A DNA stretch of 63,978 nt, filler included, from Collodictyon triciliatum (Eukaryota): assembly GCA_043381765.1 (NCBI GenBank). It is 4 parts of 4 records of this genome, joined end to end, with 100 filler letters (N's around TTAATTAATTAA, not from the genome) between each part and the next. Parts side by side here need not be neighbours in the genome. Positions count along the whole stretch, not along the records: positions 1 to 25,352 come from JBHJMP010001050.1; 3 more parts are not named here. One strand, 5' to 3'. The position numbers and the translations under genes are program-made. Under the pieces are notes generated by a model, which had not been told where the DNA came from, ran no database searches, and saw only the letters and a list, made by a program, of their open reading frames with translations. Numbering within the stretch: position 1 is the stretch's first letter; each line of letters opens with the position of its first letter. Shown here in pieces: positions 1-18,019 of the stretch.

Positions 1-402
1 TTTTTATCCTTTTTTATCCTTTTTTATCCTTTTTTATCCTTTTTTATCCTTTTTTTATCTTTTAATAAAGGGAAAAAAATCTTTTTTTATCTTTTTTATC
101 TTTTTTATCTTTTTTTATCTTTTTTTATCTTTTTTTATCTTTTTTTATCTTTTTTATCTTTTTTATCTCTTTTATCTCTTTTATCTCTTTTATCTCTTTT
201 ATCTCTTTTATCTTTTTTATCTTTTTTATCTTTTTTATCTTTTTTTATCTTTTTTATCTTTTTTTATCTTTTTTATCTTTTTATCTTTTTTTATCTTTTT
301 TATTTTTTTTATCTTTTTTATCTTTTTTATCTTTTTTATCTTTTTTATCTTTTTTATCTTTTTTATCTTTTTTATCTTTTTTATCTTTTTTATCTTTTTT
401 AT
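1..402. repeat. Degenerate (TTTTTATC)n simple repeat, intronic to the TPR gene
   Basis: Visible tandem array. The 235..468 'KKIKKI' ORF is its translation. Confidence 0.95.
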
Positions 403-454
403 CTCTACGCCTCGATTTTCCCCCAGTAATTTGATTCTATCTACACCTCTCAAG

Positions 455-1432
455 GTTTCAAAAGGCACTAAAGTACTACCAGGAGTCGCTTAAAATCAGA
501 CTTCAAATTTTCGGAGAAGCACACATTGAAGTTGCAACATCATACAGCAATATTGGAGTCTCCTTTGAGAATCTTGAAAAGTACTTTCATCAATCATGTT
601 GGCAGAGATTCATAATTTTAAATTTGATTAATTTGCAATAGATACAACAAAGCTCTGAAGTATTACCAGAAGTCACTTGAAATTAGATTGAAAGTCTTTT
701 CAGAGCCCCACCCTGATGTTGCGGCGTCATATAATAATATTGCGAGTGTTTATGAAAAACTCGAAAAGTTTGAATCTAATTTATTTATTTAATAATCTCG
801 AATAAAGGAAAAAAAATTCTTGTTTGAGTTTCATCTGGTCTGCGCTACGTTTTTTTTTTTAAAAAAAAAAAACGTTTAGATATAAACAAGCGCTCGAGAA
901 TCATCAAAAGTCCCTTGAAATAAGACAGAAGGTCTTTTCGGATGCCCACCTCGATGTTGCAACTTCGTATGCTAATATTGCGAGTGTATATGAAGGGCTC
1001 GAGAAGTACGATTCTTTTCATCTGCTACCTGAGAATTCTCAGTTCATTTATTTTTTGTAATACTGATAATACACAATTTTTAGTTATGACCTAGCGCTAG
1101 AGCATTACCAGAAGGCATTATCAATGAAACAAATTATTCATGGTCAAATGCATTCGGATGTCGGGGATACACTCTACAACATTGGCGACCTATACGAGAC
1201 CCAAAAGATGTATGGTCAGGCACTCAAGATGTTTCAAGAGTCAAAAGATGTATACGTGCATGTATATGGGATAAAGCATAGCGAGACAAGTGAATGCGAA
1301 AACAGAATATCTCGATTAGTAAAGAAACTTTCCAAGGAAGCCGACAAAAGTGATGAGTTTGTGGATGAAGAGGATGAAGAATATGAGGATGTAGAGGATG
1401 AGGAAGACGAAGACAACGAAGACGAGGAAGTA

Positions 1433-1507
<75 letters not shown>

Positions 1508-1522
1508 ATCGAGCATGAATAA
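455..1522 (+). CDS. TPR-repeat protein (42-aa kinesin-light-chain/NPHP3-like repeats) with acidic tail, 5'-partial
   Basis: Exons 455-580, 642-767, 880-1005 and 1084-1522 with GT-AG introns. Repeats read e.g. ALKYYQKSLEIRLKVFSEPHPDVAASYNNIASVY. The poly-Asp tail comes from (GAT)n at about 1433-1507, then TAA. Confidence 0.9.
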
Positions 1523-1728
1523 CAGAATAGAAGCATTTCCGACGCCCTTCATTACCCTAGCGTCACCTCTAACTCGGGCTGCGCACCAAAACGAATAATA
1601 AACGTAAACAAAAAGACAACAGAATATTAAAATTGATCGATAGCTTAAAAAAAAAAACAGAGTTGAAAACAGTGGCTTGACTCACAAACAACTTAGAAAA
1701 GCTTCCTAAGGCATCACACACAGAAAAG

Positions 1729-2867
1729 ATGTCCTCCTCGTGCACAGGGATCAAGGAAGACCTCTACTTGTGTCTGGCTCAAAGTGACTGCATCAAGAGT
1801 GGAAACCCTGTGAAGGAATGCCTGAAACCCAACGCAGAAGTGCGGGTCAAAAAAAAAAAAACATGCACCTCTCATGTCCCTCTTTCTTTTCCATTTTTCT
1901 TTTCCGTTTTTCTTCTTTTTTTCTTCCTTTTTTCCTTATTTCCTTTTTTCCTTTTTTCCTTTTTTCCTTTTTTCCTTTTTTCCTTTTTTCCTTTTTTCCT
2001 TTTTCCCTTTATTGTTAAAGTTATTTTTTCTTTTTTCTTTTAGTTTATTCTATCATGCTTTATATCGTATAGTTTCTTTTCATTTCCTTCATTATGTCAA
2101 GATGTACACACTCAAAAACTCACTCTTCTCTAGGAAAACGCACAACTTTATCCTTGTCTCTAGAAACTAGTTGCGCTCTCCTTTTTTTTTCTCCTACTTG
2201 CCTTGTGCTGCTTTGACATAATCACTTCTCATGTATGACCAGGGTGTTCCTGAGGCATGCCGCAAACTGCAGAAGGCCTTCTTTGAGTGTCGACGAGGCC
2301 AGGTCCGTTTCTCGCATCATTACGTTCGAAAATAACTCGATAATCATGCTAGGCATCACATCAAATCATTGAAATCATTGAAATCCAAATCTCCACACAA
2401 ATACAAGAATGAAATGAAATGCAATTAAAAGCCAGGAGAAGATAAGATTTAGCATATACCATAATTACAGCTACAGCATACGTCCCCATTTCATATTTTA
2501 TTCTGCTGATGTGCGTATGTTAATTTGAGGAGTTGCATCTTGGGTGACCTGACAAAGGCTGCCTTTTTTTTTCTCTATGTTCTGTTCCAACCAAACTATT
2601 CTAAAATTATCTTATTTCGGTTTATCTTATGTTGTGTTATTACCTCCATTATATATTACGGAGGTAATAATACGACATCTTACATCTGAATCGGTTTTTT
2701 TTTAAAAAAAAAAAGTACTCACAAACAAAAAGTGAAAAGCAAGTTGTGTTTATTGCGATGATGTGACATCCAGAAGAACCCCGTTTTATTCTCGTGTTTA
2801 ATTTTAAAATGGGACTACTTCGCAGCTCGACATGCGCAATCGCTTCCGTGGGAACCCTGGGTACTGA
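1729..2867 (+). CDS. COA5: Cytochrome c oxidase assembly factor 5 (PET191 family)
   Basis: Exons 1729-1839, 2243-2302 and 2826-2867 give MSSSCTGIKEDLYLCLAQSDCIKSGNPVKECLKPNAE-GVPEACRKLQKAFFECRRGQ-LDMRNRFRGNPGY*. The Cx9C pattern and CxRG..DMRxRFRGN end match PET191/COA5. Confidence 0.92.
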
Positions 2868-3656
2868 ACCATCTCTTGAATCAATCTTGCATGAATAAAG
2901 GCCGCCAAACTCAGTGCTTGGAGCTTTCGGTCTGACGCCAAATAGGTTTTTGCTTCGTCCTTATTTTCAGCAGCCAAACGCTGTCCATAGCCGATATGAA
3001 GAGAGAAGCAGCGACGCGGATGCGGACGCGATGCTGAGATGTAGAATTGATTCGTTTGAAACAAAGAAAACCTACAAGGAGGTATTCAAGCATAATCGAC
3101 TTTACGTGATTTTCATGCATCTGTATCTTCAGGAAGTGAAGGCACCGGGCGTGAAGAGAGTCCAGACGCGGGAGTTCATTTTTCGTTTCCCTTTTTTTTT
3201 TTTTTTTAGGCGAAGCAGAGTAACATATATTCCCGTGATTTGAAAAAAAAATATGTTACTCGCGACGCGAGCCGTCAAGAGTGGCAGTTGGATGGTTCTA
3301 GCTGCGCACTTATTTCTTTAGAGAAGCTGCTACTTCTTTAACCTTCTCCGTCCCTTTCGCATATATCTTGCGCAGAAAACACACCAGCAGAATCGTTTGT
3401 CAGGGTGGACCGCTTTTGATTCCACCCCTCAAAGCACCAGCCTGATGGCATGAAAAGAAGAAAGTATGGGTCTCCACTTTTTGGTCTTTAATTTCAAAGA
3501 AGGGGGGTAAAATAAGAGTGGTTGCATGAGACACAGCTATGGAGCAAGTATGAAAAAGAGGATGAGGGAAAAGAAATGAATGAATAGGAAACGGAATGTG
3601 TGAATCTGTTCATGCATAAGAGAAGTACAACACGAGAGCCGAATAAATGATGCTGT

Positions 3657-6272
3657 CTAGGAAGCATATGTAAATTTGCAATTTGTTTCGCAGATAGTGT
3701 TTCCCCCATCGGTCGACAGCGCCACAGTAACAGGGTTTCCCAGTTGCGGATGATACGGTGGAATATTGATGATTAACCAGCCAACCTCTGCGTGAATAGG
3801 GCGCAGAACCACACCTCCAAAGATAATGACCGAGTTTGGCCCTGGATTCAGATCCACGCCCAGCACAACTACTGGAATTCCACCTTCGGTTGGCCCGTGG
3901 TTTGGGATGATTCCTGATATCGATGGAGAGCCTTCGTCTCTAATGCCTGGGAGGGGCGGTAGGTTAGAAGAGCAGCTCCAAAGAGTGTTACGTTTTTTTT
4001 TTTTTATGATGGTGAGAATAGTGGCTTGGCTAAATATTTTTTTTAATGTATAATTTCATATAGAGCAAATAAAAGGAAAATGGTGTGCAAATAAGTGTGC
4101 GATGGACTGTGATATTTGTCTTGCATTTGGTAATTATTTATTTTTATTTTTTTGTGTGCTATCTCCATGAAAATAACATAAAAATTGTGGCTATTAGCGA
4201 GATACTTACTTGCGTTGAGTTGACTTGTATGTGAATACACTTCGATAGGGTCACTAAGAGATTCGGCACCTGTCTGCTCCAGAGATCCATTTTCGTGCTT
4301 CCGAAGTAGCTGGAATCTGAGAGTAACTCGATTGCAATCCAGCTGCTTGCACGTATGCCTTAGTTTGATTTTCTTGAAGCTAAGAACGCGACTCGATGGT
4401 ATCTGTATTTTGTTAAAATATTTGTTTATTATTGTAAGGTCGAATAATATTGATAATAATGATAATAAAAGAATTAGGGAATTATCGGAATACATTTTGG
4501 TGAATATATGATTAATAGATAAAGAAAAGTGAAAGAAAAATGGGAAATTTATGTATATAATTATAAACACAAACGAACTAAATGGAAAGTGGATGAAAGA
4601 AAATAGTATTAATTGGATACCTGCTGCAAGGATGAGCCTTGAATGCCATCATCAATCTCCTGCGTCTCACCATAACGCACGAGGGTAACTCGTACAACGT
4701 AATGATCCACCTCAGCATCGCGCAACCCTTCCACCCGGATGGCAGGCACTGGATTCAGAATCTTGTCCTTGATTGTCTCCTTCGGAGGCTGCTTCGTGAT
4801 ATGTATGAGGGCATCAATCTTGGGCCCGGACCTGAGACCAAACCCAAACCCAAACCCAAACCCAAACCCAAACCCAGCGAAGCAGAAAGACATTAGGAGC
4901 GCCGTCGCATCACAAATTCCACAGGAACACAGACACAAACAACAAAATAAATTTGAGCAAAATGTATATGTATATAGGGTAAGGATTAGGGTTAGGGGTG
5001 GATGGATGGATGGATGGATGGATGGATGGATGGATGGATGGATGGATGGATGGATGGATGGATGGATGGATGGATGGATGGATGGATGGATGGATGGATG
5101 GGTTGATAGGTTGATGGATTGATGGATTGATGGATTGATGGGTTGATGGATGAGTAAACGAACGAATGAATATGAGTTGAACAATTAGGACGGACAATTT
5201 CACAAATTGGCAGCACGACAAAAAGGTAAGAGGATGCACGGACTTACGGGGAGAGGACACGGGCCGAACCCGGATATGAAGTGGAGACCAAGGAGGATTG
5301 CGACTGCGAGTGTGAGTGGGTGAAGAGACTGGAGGAGAGGGAGGCAGAGGAAGGCGGGGAAGCCGGGTAGTGGGATGTGGCCAAGGGGGCGGGTGCAGAT
5401 GCAGATGTGAATGGGTGCTGGGGAGAGTGGAGGAGCGGGGAGTGCAGGGGGCAGGGGATGCCGTTTGCGAGGCAGTGGGCGTCGAGGGTGACGAGCTGGG
5501 GCTTGCGGAAGAGGAGGGTGAGGAGCTGGAGCTGGAAGTCGTGGACATGGGCCATGACGTGGTGGAGGGAGAGGAGGACGTGCTCGGGGAGGCGCAGGAC
5601 GGCGGCGAGGAAGGGGAAGAGGTCGTGCTCGTCGGGCGGGACGTCGAGGAGGCAGAGGCGCAGGAAGGCGAGGGCGTCGGCGTCGGGCAAGGGGAGTGCG
5701 CGGCGCCAGGCGAGGAGGATGTGGGGCTGCGTGGCGGTCTGGAGGAAGATCTGCTGCAGGCGGCCGAGCGTGCGGACCTGGCGCACAAAGGAGGCGTTGC
5801 GGGGCAGATGGGCCTGCATGGCCAGCAGGGCGTCGACGTGGGGGAAAGCGCGCAGCAGCGTGTGCAGATGCAGCGTCTTGAGCAGGAAGAGCAGCGCCCG
5901 CGCCCGGCCCTCTGCGCCCTCGTCGCCGTGCGCCGCGCCGGCCAGCTGCTGCCATGGGAGCCCCAGCTGCAGACTCAGCGCCTGGTACAGGTTCTGCAGC
6001 GTCTGCACGTCCGGCAGCCGCTCGGCCAGTTGCTGCAGGCCCGGCAGCACCACGCACAGCTGGTCCGCAACCACCGCCAGGTGATGATCCCCGCCCGGCC
6101 CGCTCTCGTGCAGCTGCCCGAGCCACACGTCCTCCTCGAAGATCCACACCCGCCACACAAGCCGCACAAGCTGCTCCCCCTCCGTCAGCCGCTGCAGCAG
6201 CCCCGCAACCCCGCCCACGTCCACCACAGAGTGCGGCGTCAGATTCAGCCCTCCGAAAACACTCTGCGACAT
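3657..6272 (-). CDS. CudA-like DNA-binding protein with C-terminal IPT/TIG domain
   Basis: Exons 6272-5248, 4831-4621, 4402-4210 and 3946-3657 are phase-compatible. [21 protein letters not shown] and [15 protein letters not shown] resemble the CudA core. [23 protein letters not shown]...VTVALSTDG...FTY is an IPT/TIG pattern. Confidence 0.8.
4839..5150. repeat. Intronic (AAACCC)n and (GGAT)n microsatellites
   Basis: Visible tandem arrays in intron 1 of the CudA-like gene. Confidence 0.95.
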
Positions 6273-6344
6273 TCTTGCTGTTCTTGTTGCCCCGGCTTTC
6301 GGTCTCTGTCTTCTTGCTTTGATGGGGGTTCTTGTCTGGCTGCG

Positions 6345-6700
6345 GTGGTTGTTTTTTGTGGTTGTTTTTTGTGGTTGTTTTTTGTGGTTGTTTTTGTTTT
6401 TGTTTTTGTTTTTGTTTTTGTTTTTGTTTTTGTTTTTGTTTTTGTTTTTGTTTTTGTTTTTGTTTTTGTTTTGTTGTTTTGTTGTTTTGTTGTCGTTTTC
6501 TTTTCCTTTCTTTTCCTTTCTTTTCCTTTCTTTTCCTTTCTTTTCCTTTCTTTTCCTTTCTTTTCTTTTCTTTTNNNNNNNTTTCTTTTCTTTTCTTTTC
6601 TTTTCTTTCCTTCTTTTCTTTTCTTTTCTTTTCTTTTCTTTTCTTTTCTTTTCTTTTCTTTTCTTTTCTTTTCTTTTCTTTTCTTTTCTTTTCTTTTCTT
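6345..6700. repeat. (TTTTTG)n and (TTTTC)n microsatellites with a 7-N gap
   Basis: Visible arrays upstream of the CudA-like ATG. Confidence 0.95.
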
Positions 6701-6982
6701 TGTTTACTTTTCTTTTTATCAAGTGACCATACTTGTTTCCAGGCTTTCTTTATCATCCTTTGACTTCATCTTCACTTTCTCATGTAATCCCACAAGAGTC
6801 CACTTTGCCGAACGTCTACTTTTTTTAAAAAAATAAAAAAGAAAAGAAAAAAGGAGAATAACATACTTTCTTGGGTTGAACATTGATGAAACTCTATTCT
6901 CATATGTTTACTCTTATTATCGAATAGGATTCCACCTTACTTTTCTATTACACCATATATGTTGTTAGTTGCAAATACATAG

Positions 6983-13658
<6,676 letters not shown>

Positions 13659-14066
13659 CTTTGTTCTGCGTCACGGGAGGATTTTGTAATGGACTCATTC
13701 TTTTTTCCTTTCTTTCTAATGTACATGCCGATTTCACGATTATAAAAACCACGGGATTTGCCTTGTGTTTTGATTTAATTTCAATAAAATTTCTTTTTTT
13801 TTGAGGTATTTTGTATTTATCGGTTTACGTTTACAAATGATTATTTTAATATCACAACTTTGTGAACATAAGAAAAAAAAAACAAAGAAAAAATATGGAT
13901 ATAAGTCCAAGAAACATGTTCAGGTGTATGCGTAAGTACTCTCTGAACTTATGCGAACCAAACAGCTCGGCTGTCATTAATCAATTTGTATCGAAGATTG
14001 ATTAGTTCATCACATCATCAAAATAGTCCCCAAAAAAATAGCTAAAAAGGGAAAGACTTTGGCTCG

Positions 14067-16933
14067 TCAATTCAATGAGGATTCTGCTTCGTCCACGCCC
14101 GAGAGAATGATTTCACAGTCAGCATGGTTGTGGGTGGAAGAAAGTTTCAATGGAGTTAACCCGCTTTCATCCCGACAAAGGGAATCGGCTCCGTTTAGAA
14201 CCAAAACTCGACACACTTTGGAGAATCCATACCTTTGAAACAAGAGACAAACCAAAAAAGAATGTCAAAAAAAAAACCATTCATCACTTTTGCACATATA
14301 TAGACGAAAGAAACACATTTCATTGTTACATCATCTGCGGCGTGAAAAAAAAAACATAAAAATTCTGGTTGGAAGAAGGAAAGGAAAAGGAAAAGGAAAA
14401 GGAAGGAATGGAAAAGGAAAAGGAAAGGGGAGTATCAACGGGACATACCTGGCTGCAAAGTGCAATGGCGTTTGACCTTCTTTGTTCCTGGTCATAGGGA
14501 CGTTATTTCTGAGGAGGTAATCTACCAATCGTTCGTCTCCACTATTGCGGATGGTGTGTAAAATATTTCATTCAGATTCTTGTAGAAAAATATTTTTCCC
14601 TTACAAATGAAGGCATATTATAATCACGTTTCGAATAGTTCCCTCCAAGGATATCATTTTATTTATTTTTTTGGCAAGATAAAATAATATAATTGCAAAC
14701 ATTTGATTCGACACAACGTGTCATTATTTCCCTTGAATATTAACATATTTTTTTTTTTAAAAAAAAAGCCTGTAATTCCCAAATACTTTAAAAAAATCAC
14801 AAATAAAGTATCATTATTCATGATAAAACAAATACGATTTTGCGGCGTAATGCAGCGCGTTGCTGAGGGAATATATATTATCTACACCCAGATCTGCCCC
14901 AAGACTCTGCATTTTTTCCACCAGCCGCAAATGTCCATGAAAGCAAAGCCAGTGAAGAACCGATTCTCCTGCGCCGTTTCTGCCATTAAACAGTTCTGTC
15001 CAAATCTGACTTTGAGCCACTTTTGCATCCACAGACTCCGTCACCCGCACTTTGTTGGATACACTGATTATAAAGTCCAGAATGGCCTCTGTGCACGTTG
15101 GTTTGTTTAGAATGCTGCTTAGCATCAAAGCTGAGTTTCCTTCCTTGTCCAAAGCTGACCAACTTGCACCGATACTCAACAGAACCGTGACTACATTTGC
15201 ATGACCAGAACATGCAGCCAGCATAAGAGGTGTTCTTCCTTTCCTATTTAATAAATCCACGTCGATGCGATGGTGCAGAACAGCCGCTGCGTTTAGGATT
15301 TCCGGAATCAGATTGACTTGGCCTGTCTGCGCAGCCAAGTGGAGCGCGACATCGCCCGAATGCGGGATTTCAATCATAGGGTCGGCGAGGGTTTGAAGAA
15401 GAGTCAGGCTGCATTCTGTGCATGCGTGCATCAAGGAAAGATGGAGCGGGGTGATTCCGTCTTGTGTGGTGTAGTCGGGACAACAACTCAACTTTGTAAT
15501 ACAACGTATGAGTGGCTCTGTTTGATTTGTCTTTGCAAGAAAATGCACAGGTGCATATCCAGCCGAGTCGTGCTGCAATAGAATCGAAAGCGGAAATCGT
15601 TTTGTGATGAAATCAACCAGATCAACATTGCCTGATTTCGCTGCGTGATGCGCAATTGTTTGATTTTGTTTGTCAGCTTCATGAATGAGAGACGGGATAC
15701 GAGTAAGAAGAGAAATGACGATTGGAATCTGTCTATGTTTGTGTGCACTCAAAAGAGGATTGCGGCCTTTGTGGCAACAAGTAAAAGGGTCAGCGCCAGC
15801 CGCCAAAAGGATGGAAACGCATTCTGTGTATCCCATCATAGCTGCGTGATGCAGGGCCGTGAACCCGCGGTCATCCTGCTCCTGTTTATTGCAATTAGTA
15901 CTCAAAGAAGAAACCAATCTTGTGGATGAGTATTTTCCAAACAAAAGAGAGGAGACAGGAATTCAGTTTCCTCGGTATTTTCACCTTCATGGATTTCCTG
16001 ATAATAAACACTCATATTTATGCGATTTAAAAAAAATTTTCCGAATAAAAAACCATAAAACTTTATGTTTGGTGGATTTTTTCAAACATTCTAAACGTGA
16101 CATCAAAAAGAAAAAAAGGGTGATTCTGATGAGATTTCCTATATACATAAGAGAAATACCTTAATGCTACACCGATAGTCCAATAGCAGAGAAACAACGT
16201 TTTCATAGCCGTAGTATGCCGCATAATGCAACGCAGTTCTCTTCCGTGCATCAGGGAAATTGACTATGCCAGGGATTTGAAGAGCCGCAACCTTTTGTAG
16301 TATGAATGAACATATATCTTGCGATGGATGAATAAGAATCGTTGGGTGGTTAAAGCATATGGGTGATGTGATATTCTGATATACTGCTGCATCGATGTTT
16401 TGGTGAATGGCAGCCTGGTGCAATATCGTGCGTCGCCCTTCCTTTGTATTTGTCAGAATCGACTTCGGATGTTGTCTCAGGAAAGCTCTCACATATCCAA
16501 GATCTCCGTTTTCTATCGCGACGAATGCCTGTTTTGCGTGTTGGGCCAGAGAGCCCGGTTATATATGTCTTTGATAAATGGAGGGAGTGGCCATGGATTA
16601 AACGAGAGCAGTTGATAACAGACAAGGACAGCGAAATATATTTTCAGAACCTCGGCAATGATGGTAATTATATTAAAAAAATTATGATGAAATGTGAAAT
16701 GTGAAATGCGAAATGAAAATAATGAAAAAATGAAAAAATGAAAAAATGAAAAAATGAAAAAATGAAAAAATGAAAAAATGAAAAAATGAAAAAATGAAAA
16801 ATGAATAGTGAAAAAATGAAAAAAAATGAAAAAAATGAAAAAAATGAAAAAAATGAAAAAAATGAAAAAAAATGAAAAAAGATGAAAAAAAAAGAAAAAT
16901 GTGAAATGTGAAATGTGAAATGAAAAAATGAAT

Positions 16934-16965
<32 letters not shown>

Positions 16966-17143
16966 AAAAATGAAAAATGAAAAATGAAAAATGAAAAATG
17001 AAAAATGAGAAATGAAAAATGAGAAATGAAAAATGAAAAATGAAAAATGAAAAATGAAAAATGAAAAATGAAAAATGAAAAATGAATAATGAAAAAAAAT
17101 TGGTTTGAAATAGTGTTTGCCTAACCTGCTCAACTGTGATCAT
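14067..17143 (-). CDS. Ankyrin-repeat protein
   Basis: MITVEQ exon at 17143-17126, then exons with many ankyrin repeats (GFTALHHAAMMG, GRTPLMLAACSGH, GQTPLHFAARYG). Stop at 14067. Confidence 0.92.
16721..17085. repeat. (AAAAATG-type)n simple repeat
   Basis: Visible array in intron 1 of the ankyrin gene. Confidence 0.95.
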
Positions 17144-18019
17144 CCGAGTTGCTTTTCGACAAAAGTATCAGCGTTTTGCTGAGAGTATCGCGAATAAAAG
17201 AAAAGGATAAATAAACAGTGCGGCGCAGATCGGAAACGGAAGAAACAATGACAAAATGAAAGAAATGAAACAATCTAATAGCCATAAATAAAATCCATAT
17301 TAGTGAATATAATTAGATCGATATATCCATTTATGGATTCAACTTTTCCACACGCTTTCCAGAATTGACAAACTAACTCCAAATAAGGGCGCGTGACAGA
17401 TGCAGCCGTCAATAAAACGCGGCGAAGCATCTTTGTGACTCGGCAAACAAACACAAAAGCAAATTCAAACACAACCAGTCATAAAAAGAAGGATTACGCT
17501 CTTTCTTTCTTTTCGGGTGGGTTTGTTTCTGCTGAAGAGCAGCTTTCTTTCATGTTCTTTTCTTTTATTTTGGTTTTTTCATCGTCGCCAAGATACGCTC
17601 TCAGGTTGGGTGGACTGTCGAACAAAAGAGTCACCAAGGAAGAAGGCGGGAGCGGAACTACAAAAAAAAAAAAAAAAAAAAAAAGGGGGAAAAGGAGAAA
17701 AAGGAGAGAAAAAAAAAAAAACAAAAAAGGGAGAGAGAAAAAGAAAAAAAAAAAAAAAAAAAAAAAAGACGTGTGAAGAGAGCAACTGCGTGTCTTTAAA
17801 GCTAACTCAAAAGGGGGCGATTGAAAGTGAACATCGGATAGACAAAATATTGAGGCGCCGAAAGAAATCCCGTCATATGTCCAGTTATTGTTAACCGTAG
17901 AATAAAATGAAAAGAAAACAATATAAACAGGAGAGAAAAGTTTTTTTGTCTGACTGACTTTTGTTTAATTTTTATGACTCAATCTTCATTTAATTTAAAT
18001 AGTAGTGAACATCACTAGG

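Noticed and set aside
235-468. Low-complexity ORFs (KKI, FFS, IHPS, RL, YY, CF and similar) throughout the ORF track
   Set aside because: They are translations of intronic or intergenic microsatellites.
4839-4998. (AAACCC)n and TTAGGG-like units as a telomere relic
   Set aside because: Short, intronic and one of many microsatellite motifs, with no chromosome-end context.
5200-6836. Several long overlapping ORFs on both strands
   Set aside because: Expected from high GC plus stop-free repeats. Only the MSQSV frame splices in phase to the CudA exons.
16290-16392. Possible non-canonical (AT-AG) intron giving NIDICSFIL in the ankyrin gene
   Set aside because: A canonical GT-AG alternative gives an exact 33-aa ankyrin period, and in-frame retention is also possible. 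It cannot be resolved without RNA data.
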